Below, piece after piece: positions 24,867 to 40,752 of a stretch of DNA of 64,000 bases. This stretch comes from the human T2T-CHM13v2.0 reference genome, Homo sapiens. The DNA is taken from NCBI RefSeq assembly GCF_009914755.1, contig NC_060934.1; one strand, written 5' to 3'. Both the position numbers and the translations under genes were made by a program. Within the stretch, counting starts at the first letter, position 1, and each line of letters starts with the position of its first letter. The notes beneath the pieces are model-generated. The model saw only the letters and a program-made list of their open reading frames with translations. It ran no database searches and was not told the DNA's origin.

Positions 24867-25613
24867 TTCTTTTTTCTGCTGCATTGCAGAGTTAGAACCA
24901 ATTTCATTTGTCCTGCACTGAGAATGTGCATTCCCAGCAGATCATGGTTGAGCTCAGCACACCTGCAACTCAGCCAGCCTCTTTGAAGGGTGCACAGTTA
25001 CTAACTGTCAGCGTTGCACAGCCACCTTTAGCAGGTATGTTCAGAACTTACATTCCCACCCTTTCTAAAACAGCTCACAGTAACAAGAGAACGGGATTTA
25101 ACTTTTGACATGCACACTCATGAAAACCAATGATTTTGGAAAGCCAAATTGTTGAGAAGATAAGGTGGGGATTCTGACTACTAGTATTTTTACAAATCTG
25201 ATTGTCGTTGCAGGTTTTGTTTTATTTTGTTGTGTTAATGCTGAGAGTGGAGAATAGATTGGAATATTTGCCTCTTGTGTTTCTTTTTGCTTTGTAACAT
25301 TGCAAGTGGTCCACATTTTCCTTTATTTAAAATTTAAAGTTGGTGCCTGGGGTTTCTGGTGTTAAATAGAAGTGATACTTCTGCATAAAGTATTATGGAG
25401 ATGCTCTGTTCCATCCAGGGAGGTGCAGGTGAAAAGAGGGCAGTTCATCCTCCTCACACTTAGGGCAGGGAGCAGCATGCAGGGGCAGATCAGCAGCTTT
25501 GCATGTTGACAAATCCACTCTCTGCTGCAGATGCCTAGGGGAAGTTGCAGACTTAAATTTTCTTTTGTAAAATGGGGGAACACAAACAGATCTTATGTCA
25601 CACTGGTTACTCC

Positions 25614-25757
25614 AGAAAAAAAAAAAGAAAAAGAAGGAAGGAAGAAAAGAAAAAGAAGGAAGGAAGAAAAGAAAAAGAAGGAAGGAAGAAAAGACAGAAG
25701 GAAGGAAGAAAAGAAAAAGAAGGAAGGAAGAAAAGAAAGAAGGAAGGAAGGAAGGAA
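25614..25757. repeat. Polypurine (GAA/GGAA) repeat with ~22-bp higher-order unit
   Basis: GAAGGAAGGAAGAAAAGAAAAA repeated about 5 times. Confidence 0.95.
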
Positions 25758-28700
25758 CATTTTTGTAGTCTGTCACCACATTTATGAATGGCTGGTCCTC
25801 GGGCTCTGTGGTGTGTATGATTAGTAACATGGCTGAAGCTAATGCATTCTCTAATCCTGATCCCCAGGTTCATGAGTGTCTTTCATTAATATTCTTTGTA
25901 ATTTAACCCCAGAGCAGTGCTGCACAGCTCAATGGCCTTACGATAAGATAAGCCTCTAATTCTGTCTTCAGCTCTCACCAGCTTGTGTCCTAACGTATCA
26001 AGAATTTCACCCACCTGAGCCTCACTTTCCTGTAATTTACTGCAGTGGGTTCCTAGGCATATAACACCTAAGAGGTCAGTAGATTGCCTTAGAATGATTT
26101 TAGGATTCCAGATCTCAATTCATCTGTAAAAATCAGGGCAGTAGGAAACTTTCTGAGACACACCTTTAAAATTAGTTATAATGTGTGTTATATTTACAGA
26201 TCTTAGTTTTGAAGACCAGCAACACAGCAATACTTCCAGATCTCCATATAACCTCTGTTCATTTGGGAGGGGCTTTGTATTTTCAACAGGAGAGTTCAAA
26301 GTTCATTTTTTTTTCAGCAACTACAGTTCTAAGTGAAATCTATTTTTATTGATACATGATATTTTACATGTTTATGGGATACATATGAGTCATAATCTAT
26401 TTTAAATAATATCTTAGTGTTGTAAAATCAACAGTGCTTTTTAAAAGAAATATACCTTGTTAATTATCCCACATGTGTCTTCAGAAGTACAGCTTGAACA
26501 AATCCACCTTCTGTGGACCAAGCACCACCCTGGGCATTTCTAGCATGAGCAAAATCCAAGGTCCTGGCTGGACTCCAGAGATGCTATTTACCTCAGAAGC
26601 ATGACAATAGGAGGCAGAAGGAGCAGGCAAATCCAAGTCCTTTCTTGTAGTTTCCTTGTTTGGGGAGGAAAAGTTGAGTTTTACTATTATGGAAAAGAAA
26701 CAGGAAATAGAGACAGACAAAGAGATATGACAATACAGTCCTGCCACCCAGATACTCATTTCCACCTACCATTCCATGCATTTGTTTTGAATATATAAGT
26801 ATGTACATAAAGGTAGGTACTCTCAAGTCCATCAGGGCTTGGCTGTCCACTGTTTTTGAAGTTCCAGAATGTTTTTGCTAAGTTGAGGAAATACCAAATC
26901 AGGACTATGAAAATTATGGTATATATTGATGTGTCACAGAACACAGATGTGACATAATAAAGATGTGTAAGATTATATATATAACTTGTGTGTACACCTA
27001 CCTCATCTGGGGATAACACCTCAAGTTTAATTTTGAGGCTTGGGTCAATCGTGCTTCCCTTCCCTTTCATAGGTCCTCTATGAGATATTGTCATAGATTC
27101 CATGTTATGCAATAGCCATAGAATATGACATCTCTCTATGATAATTCTATATTACTTTAATTGCTGCACAGAAGTTCATTGTATGTAAGTGCCACAGTAT
27201 ATTATAGATCTTCTTGTGGGACATCTATTTCTAGTTTATGTGATAGTATAGCACTTTCATGAATGTTCTTGTACTTGATCTTTACACATTTTCTTTTTTC
27301 CTTAGGATGAATTCTGAGAGATGTAATTGATGGGGCAAAATGTACTCACTGTTTGAGGTTTGAAATTTTTCCATCAAAAGCTGGTACTCTTGGTTTTTTA
27401 AGACAAAGAGCAAATCCTCCCCTGCCAGGATTGACTTTTGGCTCTTTTTTTTCAAACCTCACTGCTTTTTGGTTTAGTTGTCATAAAATGCCAAGCACCA
27501 TGAACAGGGCTCCATGAAGGGGCTCAGAGGTAGGAGGGCTGTGATTAGGAGAAGGCTTGGACTGATGGGCAATTTGAGTGCTCAGAATTAGAGTGAGGGG
27601 GTGGGGGTGCTGCAGGGACAGATGCTGGGGAAAGACACCCTGAAGGGCAAAGGGAGCAACAATGGCTGCAGTACATGTGGCCTTTCAGCTAGCGCAGAGG
27701 ATGGAAACCAGAGTGGGCTGATGATTGGATGCCAGGCCTGAGCCAGGTGAGTCCTGTTCTCATTATACTGTAAAGTGAGCTGCTCCAAGCCTCCCTGATT
27801 CTTAGCACTCCCAGTCCCTGCAGGGGTCCCTGAGAAGGTTAATCTTGCATTAGGCCCTCTGCTGTTTTCCCTCTGTAAGCCTTACTCCACTTTGCAGTGA
27901 GTTCTAGTATAACTTCTATTCCAGTAAGATCAAATGGTTAAGGACTCCAGAAAAGAAATTTGGTGAACACAAAGGGTTTGTCATACTTTAACTTTTGTCC
28001 CTTTCCCAGGTGGCCCATGCTTCTAGGCCAGCCTCCCAATTCCTAGCTTGCTTCATGCTCCTGGCCTTTGCCTACTCAAAACAATCTGTCCTCCCCACCC
28101 TGTCATCTCTGTTCAGAGTAAATACCTCCCTCCCTCTGCTTTTGCCCTAAGTTATTTTTTCAACTCACCTAACATCTAACTTGGCTTTGCAGCTCTGTTT
28201 CTCCAAAACCCTCTCTGCCTGTTTCCTCCCAAGCTATCTATGACCAGTGCCAGAAACCAGAAAATCTTCTTGGAAGTTGCACTCTTTGCTTCTCTTCCCT
28301 CTCCTTTATCCTTCCACTTGGAATCTCTCTCCTTCTACCTGTCTCTATCTGCTGCAATCCTGTTCATCTTTCCAGGTACATTCCTCACTTTTTCATCTTT
28401 AAGAAGTCCTCTCAGAAACTGCATAGGATTTTTTCATGATATATGCCATATTCCACTGTGTAATGTAGATTACACCACAGGGTTTTTAATTTCCTAAAGG
28501 CAAGAGCTATAACCTAGTCATCTTCCTCTCCTAAGTGGGGAGTATCACCATGATTTGACCAAGTAGCTATGATATGGGTGCTATCTCCATAAATGAATGA
28601 GCAGTGAGGAAAAAGGAGATGATTATGAGTGAATGAAGAATCTTAATAAGGAAAGTTTATTCCACAGTGAAGCAGTGTTGGTGGCTCCAAAACCTCTCTT

Positions 28701-29284
28701 TAGGAAGGATTTAGGACAGCATCCTAATCAAAAGGGCCTGGAAGCACTTTATAAAAGAGAGAGACAAGATCGCATGTCAAACTAGAAGGAAGGAGGTGAG
28801 AGGAGATAGGGCTCCAGAGTGGAGCAAGCCCCTTCTGTCCCCTTGAACTTCCTGCCGGTGCATGGGTTACCTCTCATTAAATTTAATAGTACTTGTTGCT
28901 TTGGTGTAGTGAAATGAATGCCTTGATGAAATTGCATTGCACCATTTTTGAAAGAGAGAATACTCAAACGTGTCACTTCTGTTTCTTGCAAGCAACTGTG
29001 ATCCTGAGCTGTGCACACTTCTGGTTGGGATTATTTCTGGTTTCTACTTCCTGTTTGAAGATGTGGCATGGAGAGTGTAAGTTGAAGAGATGAGTGCGGG
29101 GCTCATCTATCCCTGGAATTGTCTTTCCCACAATCCCTGACACAGAATATGAGCCATACAGGAATTCTGAAGAAATGGGTCTCTTGCCACCTCCCAGTAA
29201 AAGATTATTTTTTAAAAAAAAAAGGTAAATCTAAACTTGTGCTTTATCTTGATATGAAAATACAGACAGCAATAGAAAAATTTA

Positions 29285-29452
29285 AAAATTAACTGGGCAT
29301 GGTGGTGCATACCTGTAATATCAGCTACTTGGGAAACTGAAGTAAGAGGATCACTTGAACCCGGGAGTTTGAGGCTACAGTGACCTGTCACTGCAGTCCA
29401 GGCTGGGCAAGAGAGCAAGACCCTGTATCTTAAAAAATAGAAAAAGAAAAGA
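29285..29452 (+). mobile_element. FRAM/AluJ right monomer
   Basis: Single diverged monomer with A-rich tail. Confidence 0.8.
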
Positions 29453-30067
29453 AAGGATATGTTATGGTAAGAAAATATATAGACAAAAAGGAGCTTTGAG
29501 AGAACCCGTGAAGTCAATAGGGATGCTGCCTTGTAGGCAGAGTTTCTAAGTACGCACCCATTCCATCAAGTTGAGAAAGTATGACTCAAAGTTTATCTCG
29601 GTTTATACCTTAAACTGAGTGCTATGTGATCACAAAGATCACAAATATGGCCCAGCTTCACATCCCATGCTTAGAGAAAAACCATGTATAGGTAAGGCAT
29701 TTCAAATTAGAAGAGTGAAGTATTCTTCATTTTTCCAAATATCCCAAAATAAATATATTTACAATAAATTCTTCTAGAGAGGTAGCTCACATGTCTATGA
29801 GAAAATCAGTCACAAAGATGGCATTACTATGTAGGTAAAATAGAAAATACTACTTAAATTTTTCTTTTATGTTCTAAAATATATTACTTCCAAGATATCT
29901 TGTGTACAATGTAAATGCAGTGACTGATTTCCAAGATTTTGTAAATTTTAATTTTACCCATAAGCAAAAGGAGGGGCTGCTTGTAAAACATAATACTGAT
30001 TGTTGTTTCGGGTGGTTCCAATTTCTCCTGCAAATAGGTGGCAACTTCCTTGAAAATTGAGACTCTG

Positions 30068-30356
30068 GGCTGGGTGTGGTGGCTCACGCCTGTAATCCTA
30101 GCACTTTGGGATGCTGAAGTGGGTGGATTACCTGAGGTCAGGAGTTCAAGAACCGCCTGGCCAACATGGTGAAACCCCATCTCTACTAAAATACAAAAAG
30201 TAGCCGGGCATGATAATGGGCACCTGTAATCCCAGCTACTCGGGAGGCTGAGATGGGAGAGTCGCTTGAACCAGGAGACGGTGGTTGCAGTGAGCTGAGA
30301 TCGTGCAACTGCATTCCAGCCTGGGCGGCTGAGCCAGACTCCATCTAAAAAAAAAG
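30068..30356 (+). mobile_element. AluS (Sx/Sz-like)
   Basis: Full dimer; TSD AAATTGAGACTCTG (30054-30067 and 30358-30371). Confidence 0.92.
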
Positions 30357-31697
30357 GAAATTGAGACTCTGAGCTCAGCTTTACCTTGGGCAAACACAAT
30401 TACTTTGGGTTCCTGATGTTGACAATTGAGATTTTAATTCAAACCTTCTAGGAAAAGACATCAGATTTCATTTTTATCTCACCATTTCTCCCACACTCAT
30501 TGAGAATTTTTCTTGCCTGACAGTCAAGGATGTCTTTTGGGACAGTGTTCATTTTGGCATTATCTTGACAACCAATGATGGCTAATGCAAAGAGAGAAGG
30601 GAGAAAGAATATTACAGCCATATTTTGTTTTTTCCCCCATTCATTAAGTTTTTTAACTGTTCATAAAAAATCATTTTAATTTCTTAAATGTTTTGATTTA
30701 TCACTACTTCCATTTTCTTTGGTAAAACCATGTTCTGAAAATAGCAGAGTCATAACCCTTTGGAAATAAAAAGATTATAGCCAGAAAAGCTGTTTTCTTA
30801 ATCTAACGGATATACTGTATGAAAATATTAGTTCTGTTATTTGCTCTTTCAACTGATATGTCCAGTTGTGACACAGCATATTCCCTTACTGAATTTGTTC
30901 AGTTTTGCAAAGATAAGTTAGTTTTAGATAAATACAGAATAGTGCTGCCCACAGGAACAAGCTGCTGCCCACCACCTGGCATCACAGCCCCAGAACTCAG
31001 CTATTTCCATGGGACCACAGCATCTCATCTCTGGGCTGAGCCAGAAAGACCCCTACTGAAGTCCAGAGGCACTTTTCTGAAAGGTATTTTTGTCTTGTTT
31101 TGTTGAGGGGACCGGGAAAGATAGTATATATTGGCTGTCACCTGGAGTATTTGCCCAAAGTATATATATGCTCAATTTGTAATATCTATTTAATATCTAA
31201 ACTATACTCATCCGTCTCCTCAAAAACAAGAATTTGGTGAGTTTATTTGGGCATTTTCTCTTTGATCATGAGGCCCATATTATGTCTCATATTATACTCC
31301 AAACCAAAAGTATTTGTTGAGGCAAGTAAATTCAGAGGCTTCTTCCAAGGAGAAAAGGCATATTGTGAGTTGCTTTCCTCTGAGAAGGCTACAGTGCTTC
31401 ACTGTGATTTATCTTTCTGAATTTGCAGCTTTAGAAAACATGTTGTTTTTTTCTTCCCATGCACTAAACAAAAATATTAATCCTGTTTGTCCCCAACCAC
31501 CCATCATTGGATATATGTTTTCAAATATTTACTGAGGCACAATATGCTACGACGCACCTTGAAGTTCCCAGAATAGGTTTACAGTAGTGAGAGGAAAATG
31601 AGGAGCAGCTGAAGGTCTTATTTTGTGATGGCAACACACGGTAATGTTAGGGAGCTTCCAAGGTGATGCTGCTGTTCTTTCATATTGCCTTTGGTCA

Positions 31698-32022
<325 letters not shown>

Positions 32023-32188
32023 CTGCCTTTGGTCAATCTTAAGGATGTTTTGTTTTGTTTTAAATTTTCGTGGCCATCATTCTCTTTGGAAAGAGCTTTT
32101 AAATTCCAGTGCAAGGCAGGCCTACCTTTTCAAATATATTTCTGTGAGCACTTAAGAAACTGAGTTGCTCCATATTTCTGCACCTTCT

Positions 32189-32190
<2 letters not shown>

Positions 32191-32225
<35 letters not shown>
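32191..32225. repeat. Poly(T)35
   Basis: Directly visible, no attached Alu body. Confidence 0.95.
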
Positions 32226-32227
<2 letters not shown>

Positions 32228-32750
32228 CCAGTTTCTAACTTGAATTTCTGGACCTGGGCTGTTAAGAGTAAGTAAAGAGAACCAGAATGAGATAATTCAG
32301 TCACTTTTTTCTTGGAGTCTGTCAACTTTCTGGATGCAGATCCATTATTATTACACTATTTAAGTCAGATTTGGAACTCCATAAAATGCCTACTCTATTG
32401 TCCTTTTAACCAAAATTTTCATGAGGAACCAAACCTATCTTTTATTAAAATAATTGATTGAGTATATGTGATACCTAGCTAATGAATATTTGTCTTAGAA
32501 GTATGAAGTTTAAATTACCCAGAACTGTTTTAGAATCCCTTAGCTTATATTCACAGAAAATGTTTGCCTATGACAGCATTCTTGAGTAAGCTGCCATGTA
32601 CCAGCTCTCATTTAGGAGAAATTTGTTAATATTGCTTTATAAAAATAATATAAGCTCAAGGCCACTGAATACTGAGAAACTCATTTTCATTTATCTAACT
32701 GTATGTCTTGTACTTTGCCTTTGTTCAAACAATACAGTCCCCAATTCTAG

Positions 32751-33080
<330 letters not shown>

Positions 33081-36027
33081 TTTATTATCTTATTATAACC
33101 CCAGATAGGCAGTTAAATGGAAATAAGAGATAATGAGCTATTTCTAAGTACAAATAGACCTTGATTTTTTTTTAACTTTCTAACTAAACTAATTTATTTT
33201 GGAGCACATTATATTTACATTTTCATCCACGTTTAGAACTAAACACTTTGACTGGCTATACTTGCATGCAAAAAGGGTCCAGGAAAAAAAATTTCCAAAA
33301 CAAAAAGATGGGAAGTAAGATCCTAAATCAACCTATTTATTTTAAAAGTCTCTAAGAACCTGGAGACACCCTTAGGTAGACTGAAGAGTCACAAGTCTCA
33401 TACTCATGTGTCAGTTGCCGCAACCCCACTTTGTCCCTTCTGTGGTCATCTGTCCTCTTGATGTGGGGTTAGATGAAGCCTGGACTACTGGGGAATAAGC
33501 CATTTACAGATAATGGGGCTTACTTTGTCAAAGTCGTGATGCAGAACACACAAAATCCTGGCTCCTGGTGAGACTTAAGTGACGTGCCAGTGGCCAATGC
33601 TTAACAACTCACTTTGTAACCTATAAATAACAGTATTAGGCCACTCACTTGTAGATTTTAGACAGGGAATATTTTAGAATCTTTTTTCCTAATTCAGGCC
33701 TTATGACATAAAAAGTGCTTGAGAACACTGTTTTAAATTACCAGCACCCCTTCTATTCAAGTGCTACATGCAGAAAGAGAAGATGAATCATCCCCAGCAT
33801 TGCAATGCATTGTTCTCCAATAGCAGCAAAGTTTCCAGGCTAGCTCACAGGGGCTAGCCTAGTGGAAATATTAACAAATTGCTGAGTAACTCTCATATAT
33901 GGATGCAATTTCATCCACTGAGACCATGCACAATGCCTGGGAGCATAGAGATGCTCAGACCATTGCCCTCTGAGGCCTGGTTTTGAATGAGAGGAAACAA
34001 GCAGCTTCCACGCTGGGTTGGATTCTCTTTGTTCTTGGCCTAAGCTGTAGATTATAAGTGCCCAGCCTTCCTATTTCTCCTGGTACCTGTGCAAGCTGAT
34101 GGCTCACAGCAGGTGGGGCACACACTCGGTGGCCTTGTCAGTCTGGTCTGTAAGATAAAAGGTAATGTTTACGTTCCCAAATAATTCATAATAAACAGGG
34201 TATATTTTAACATCTTTTTTGAATGTCTCTTTTCCAACAAAAGACATTTTCTCATCTATTGTTTAAATTAAAATTCCACAGGCTCTGCTTTGACCTGAAG
34301 TATTTTATCTATCCTCAGTCTCAGGACACTGTTGATGGAATTAAGGTATAATGTGTTAAAGTCTGTGTGGCTTTCTCTTGTTTACTTTGGGGGAAAGGAT
34401 GCCAGGAACATGTATAGTGTCTCAGTGCTAATACTCTATGATGGATTAACTCAAAGCATCGGGAGATGACTCATATTATCTTAACATGCTTTCTTTTATT
34501 GAAGGTGGAGGGCGGGTGGTGGTAGAATGTGATTCTACAGAAATGGCCCACGTCTTCAGAATGTTCTCCTGACACTTTTTATTTTGGGGCAAATGTGCTC
34601 AGTTTTTGTTCTCATTCTATCTTTGAGTTCTGGTACCCAGCAGAATTCTCACATGTGCTTATTTTGAAATTAAACCAATGCAAAAGTTTTTACCCTGAGG
34701 TGTTGCTAATTCATGAACCTATTCTCTTGACAGTTTTTCCCTCCAATATAACCTATATCTTATTAAATGTCTTTTCTTCTTCTAGATTGTTTCCAATAGT
34801 AGCTCAATTTTAGCTTTGTTCAGGCTCCAAATTAGAAAAACGCTGAGATTAGCCAAATATTTGAACACTGTAAGGTATTAATCAGTTTAATCTGAAAAAA
34901 AAGGTATAAGAACACTTCCTACAGTTCCAGAAGAGTGAGCTGTCCTGGCTGAGGGTTATTTCATAAGCACCTACATGTATGGACACTAATGGTGAGTCAT
35001 CACCAGAGGAAGATGAAAAATCTGGACTCTGTATTTGTGTTGATGCCACATTTCAGGGCAAAAGTTTTGCATCCAGACCATGCACTCTAGCATCCTAAGT
35101 CCATGGCTGCTGTGGCAGTGGCTCTTTTCACACCAAAAATGGAGGGAGAAAACCAGCTAACTCCTGGGCTCTCTGACTGCAGTCAGGCCAAGGACCAGGG
35201 AACCTGCATCTGTTCACTAGGGTGAGGATTTAAAGCATCTTCTGGGTTTTCAGATCCTACCAAGAAAAGCTTCAGAGGCAGACCTTGAGTCTCTGTGAAC
35301 CCCATCCTGTATTTTAATGACTGGGCTCCTCAGCAGATCTACAGACTTCTAGTTCTTTTCGGGGTGGTGGTGACTCTTGACATTTATTGTCCAGGTCTGG
35401 TCTGCAGCACTTAGGATGCCTCTAGCCTATGGAGATGGAGTTACACATCATGCATGTTGACTGTACATGCTACACCACTTCTCCAGACTTGACCTCTATC
35501 AAAGGGCATTTGGGTATGGCCCGAGATGGGAGTAACCTCTCTTTTCAGCTGTGTCAAATTCTTACACCATGTTCTTTTGTTTTTTCCTCATAATACAAGG
35601 CCAAGCACATCTGCAAAAAAGACATTGCTGGAGGAGGTGCAAAGAGCTGGAAACCAAGTCTCCAGTCCTGGGAAAAGCAGTGGTATGGAAAAGCAATGGA
35701 AAGAGGTAAGGAGCTTCATCCCAATACCTACAGAACACAAATTCTCCTGGTCCCTTTCTCTGTTTTTCTATTCATACATTTTTTTTCCCATATTGGTTTT
35801 CTATAGAAGCACAACATGCTCAATTTTAAGGATTTTGGTTATTCTCAAATTTAAGTTGCACTCTTTCAGTGGCCACATGAAATCTGACTTTCTGGGTCAC
35901 TGGGTCTGTCTCTAGGTAAGAATGGGGGTTTTATTGGGTTTAGAGGTGAGCAAAACTACCCATGTCCCAAAAAATCGATGTCATGGCATTACTATCTTAA
36001 GGTGGAAAGATGTAGGTTTAGTAATAT

Positions 36028-36609
36028 TGTTGGGGAAACCAGCCCCACACCACCCGGCGGGTACCCCAAGTCCAGCGGAGACAAAGGAATTATAGAGACA
36101 GAATAAGCATTTAAAAGGTGGATCCAGGGGACCAGAGCATCGGAGGCTTGCTCATGGCCCAGAGCTCTCTGGCTTCACCCAATTTATTGGTTTACAAGAT
36201 CTTTGTTCTTAGGGCAGATGGGAGGGGTAGGAAGGGATGAGGAAAAGGATTAATCAGTGGAGAACTCTTGAGTCATTCAATAAGATATATAGCAGTGGCA
36301 GTTTCTGTGAATTTCCTTGAGCAAAGTTGTGTGTGTAAACTACTTAAGATCTTTAACTTATTGGGACTGAAACAGGAGGGAGCAGGTTTCAGGAGGAGCC
36401 AAGATGTTTGATTATACTCCACTGCTTCAAGGGAGTGTTATCTCCCTGGGCAACCTGTGGAATGCCGCTGAGTGTTTATGCTTTCGGGGCATAAAGACAT
36501 GAAGGCAATAAGGAGACTTTTCTCCTCAGAGGCCGCCCATGGCTCCCCATGGGTGTCTCACACAGGGGAGACCAACTCATCTGGCACCCAAGAAACTCTC
36601 TTTCCCACA
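36028..36609 (-). mobile_element. LTR14 (HERV-K14/HML-1) solo LTR
   Basis: Minus strand begins TGTGGGAAAGAGAGTTTCTTGGGTGCCAGATGAGTTGG; TG..CA termini; flanks AATAT/AGTAT. Confidence 0.85.
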
Positions 36610-37889
36610 AGTATTCCACAGAGGAGTTAAAGCCAAGCCTTTGGATTTCAGACTCAATTATTTTATCCAAGGATGAGTATCACACATGAAGGTTTGCATG
36701 TGAAATAATTCATGTTATTATTCATTTAAATTTTGTTAATCCCACTTCAGCATACCTAGATGAGGGAGTTGTTTTTAATTAATTAATATTTCTGCTGGAG
36801 TTGAAAAGGATCATGTGAACTTTTGGAACAAATATTGCTTCTTGCATTTCTAATTGCTTATGAACATCAGCCTGCCTGCCCTTCCCTGCACATAACAGCT
36901 AGGCCTGTGCGTAGTTTTTGTTTCATCATGTACGTTAAGATTGTCTTAGGGTACACTCTGTTAATATGTCTATACCACCAAGAAAAATTTTCCTGGTCAT
37001 GAGAAAAATTTTCAGAGTACTAGAAAGCCATTGCCGTATTAAGGATGTGGAATGTCTAGAATATTCTGAATATCATTCTATAAATGCTTAGAAGGAAATC
37101 TGTAACTAACTTCTAATGAAACACATATCTAGAAGTCAAATATTTATAGAGATTTCCACTTTGTGTAGGGTTTTATATTTTATTTCTACCACCTTTTAAC
37201 ACAATAAAGATAAAGCTTTTTTTATTAAAGAGAATCCAAAAATTTTGAGAGGCTTTAGAAATATAATTTCAAATAAATATATTAGGAAGGAGATTATGAC
37301 ATATAGTTGAAGTTGTGGATTTTTGATTATGTTAAGTACATTTATTAAGCATTCATTATATATCACCTATGCTAGTCACTAAAAAGTCATCAGTCAACAA
37401 CACCAAAAGCACAGTATTCAATAAAATTAAAATTGTGAATATGTGGGGATAGCAGGCTGATCTTACTGCAAGTGTATATACAACCACTACATGTGTCTGA
37501 AGCATGCACAGGACTGTTCTGTCTTTCACTTGGCTCAAGCACAGGGCTCAGAACCTACTAGAGTTTTAAGGACCTACAACATTCTTTGGGACCTGAAAAA
37601 AAATATTTATAGGCTCCAAAAATTGGGGAGCAGGAAACCTCTGCATAATAAAACTAAGAAACACTTACAACATTTTAAAATGAACATCAGTTGTAATAAC
37701 TGTTAAGCTTAGGAAGCACAATGAGTTTATCATATTTAGAAACAACTTACAGGCTTTCTTATATCTCAAGAGTTCTCAAGTATACACAATGATTGCTGAG
37801 CAAGCATAAGTAATTTCTAAGTAAAATGAGAATTTCAGAGCCCCCCAAGTTCTAAAACTCCTTGAAAGCATGTTACAAGAAAACATTAC

Positions 37890-38422
37890 ATCAGGCTGAA
37901 ATCAGGTGTTGGCCTGCTGGGCTCTTTTCAGAAGACTCTGGAAAGAAACTTCTTCCAAGCACATTTATGCTGTTAGCAGAATCCATTGCCTTTCTTGCAT
38001 TTATAGAACTGAGGTAACCGTTCCTTACTGACTGTCAGCTATAGGACAGGGGACACCTTTAGTTCCTAGAGACTTTTATAAGGACTTTGCATGTGTCCCT
38101 ACATCTTCAAGCCAGCAAAGATGAGTTGAATCCTTCTCATACTCAGAACTTCTCTGACTTCCCCTTCTGCTGCATGTCTCTTACTTTCTGTTCTGCCACA
38201 TCTCCCACTGGCTTTCTACCTTCCCTTTCTGCTTTTGAAGGCTCGTGTGATTACATTGGGTCTGCCCAGGTAATGCAGGATAAAATCCTTATTTTAAAGT
38301 CAGCTGACCATTAACCTTAATTCAATCTGCAAAGTCCCTTTACAGCAGAACCTGCATTAGTGTTTCATTAAAGTACCTGGGGTTAGGGAACTGGGGGTTT
38401 CTTGAGAATTCTGCCTACCCCT
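37890..38422 (-). mobile_element. MLT1 (E-like) MaLR LTR
   Basis: GATTACATTGGGTCTGCCCAGGTAATGCAGGATAA..AACCTTAATTC..AGAATTCTGCCTACC. Confidence 0.7.
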
Positions 38423-39464
38423 AGAAGATATTCTGAGTTCCTCTCTTTTATATAGAGTGTTGTTTCTTTCTCATATTTTTAAATTCCTCCTCTTAGGTCC
38501 TTAATCATTGAAAATACTTATCTTATAATCTTTATTTGCATTTTTATTTTGTGAGACCCTTGGAGGGCAGTCTAAATGTTTGTATCTGTTAATTTGTGAT
38601 CATAGGGATTGGTTCCTTTCATATTTCCTTATGTTGGATTATAAATTTATGTTTCAGCCTGGTTTGAGGTTTTGTGTTTACTCCACCATCTGACTCCTTA
38701 TGTTAATTTAATGTTTGGGATTAATCAAACCAGGCACATAGTGTAAATTCAAACCCAAAATCTATTTGAATGCAAGCCTGTTTACATTATTATAGCACAC
38801 TCTTTACCTCCTCTCCAGAGCATAGAGCAAATTGGACAAGCTTTATTATTGTCTCCCAATGCCATGGTTTTGGGTTTTGTGATTTCTGTGCATGTGTGGT
38901 TTTTTTGTTTGTTTTTGTCATTAAATGTTCTACCCTTCTGCTGAAAGTGTACCCCTTTGAAAGTCTCAGCCATATGAACAGGGTCTCATCAGTTTCAACC
39001 TTCCATTCATTAGAAGCCTGAAGTATTTGTGTTTGGAATATTCAAACCAAAGTTCATACAGAATTGAGACAGGATAACTTCTCTAAGGCAGCCTCTTTGA
39101 GCTTTAAGTTTTAAGGTATCCATTTTATTTCTGACCCCTAAAGATTTTTCTTAGTTTCTTAGGTACTCAGGTATTCATTTTAGGTAATTTTAACTAGGAT
39201 AGTTTTTAGGTTGTCTAGTTTTTCTTATTACCAGAAACAGAAATTCTTTCAGTGATTTATTTTTTCAAACCAATTTTTAGTGACCTCCACTCAGGTCAGG
39301 AATGACTTTCACATTGCCAAATCAATAAATATTTTGTCTTCATCTTAGGCAACATTTCATCAAAAATGTTTTCATTGAGACATTCCTGTTAGAAACACTT
39401 TTTACTTTAATATTTTAATATTTTTGCTTTTGTTACAGTGTGCTTAGCTTGGCTTTCCTATTCT

Positions 39465-39830
39465 TTCTTCTTTTACTTCACTTTAATTTTTCAGGATTGC
39501 ATGTGCAGGTCTGTTATATAGGTAAATTAGTGTCATGGTAGTTTGTTATACAGATTATTTTATCCCCCTGGTATTAAGCCTATTACCCATTCATTTTTTT
39601 TCTGATCCTCTCTCTCATCCCACCCCACCCTCCACCTTCTGATAGGTTCAAGTGTTTGTTGTTCCCCTCTATAGGTCTATGTATTAATGTTTAGCTCCTA
39701 TGTGAGAATATGTGGTATTTGGCTTTCAGTTTCTGTATTGGTTTGTTAAGTGTAACAGTCTCCAGCTCCATCCCTGTTTCTGCAAAGGACATAATTTCAT
39801 TCTTTTTATGGCTACATAGTATTCCATGGT
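39465..39830 (-). mobile_element. L1P 3' end fragment
   Basis: ATGTGCAGG..GAGAATATGTGGTATTTGG..TCCAGCTCCATCC..ATAGTATTCCATGG. Confidence 0.8.
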
Positions 39831-40045
39831 CTTACTTTTCTGACAATTTTTAGTTTTCCCATAGCTTTGTTGTATCCTAAATTGTATAAAAATTCTTTGG
39901 GCATTTGCGTTTCTCACTTCACAATTTTTACCAGATTTTAGTACTTAAAATATTTTTTCTCCAATTTGACAATAGCTACTGAAGTGGTCTCCCTGACTTT
40001 ACTCCTCTGTTGTCTTTGAAGGCATTGTCCACACTGCAAAGTGAT

Positions 40046-40752
<707 letters not shown>

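Noticed and set aside
25393-25873. Lys/Glu/Arg-rich and Phe/Ser/Leu-rich ORFs
   Set aside because: Translations of the polypurine repeat
29884-30399. 171-aa ORF, and similar ORFs at 12774, 55581 and 59803
   Set aside because: Antisense Alu translations
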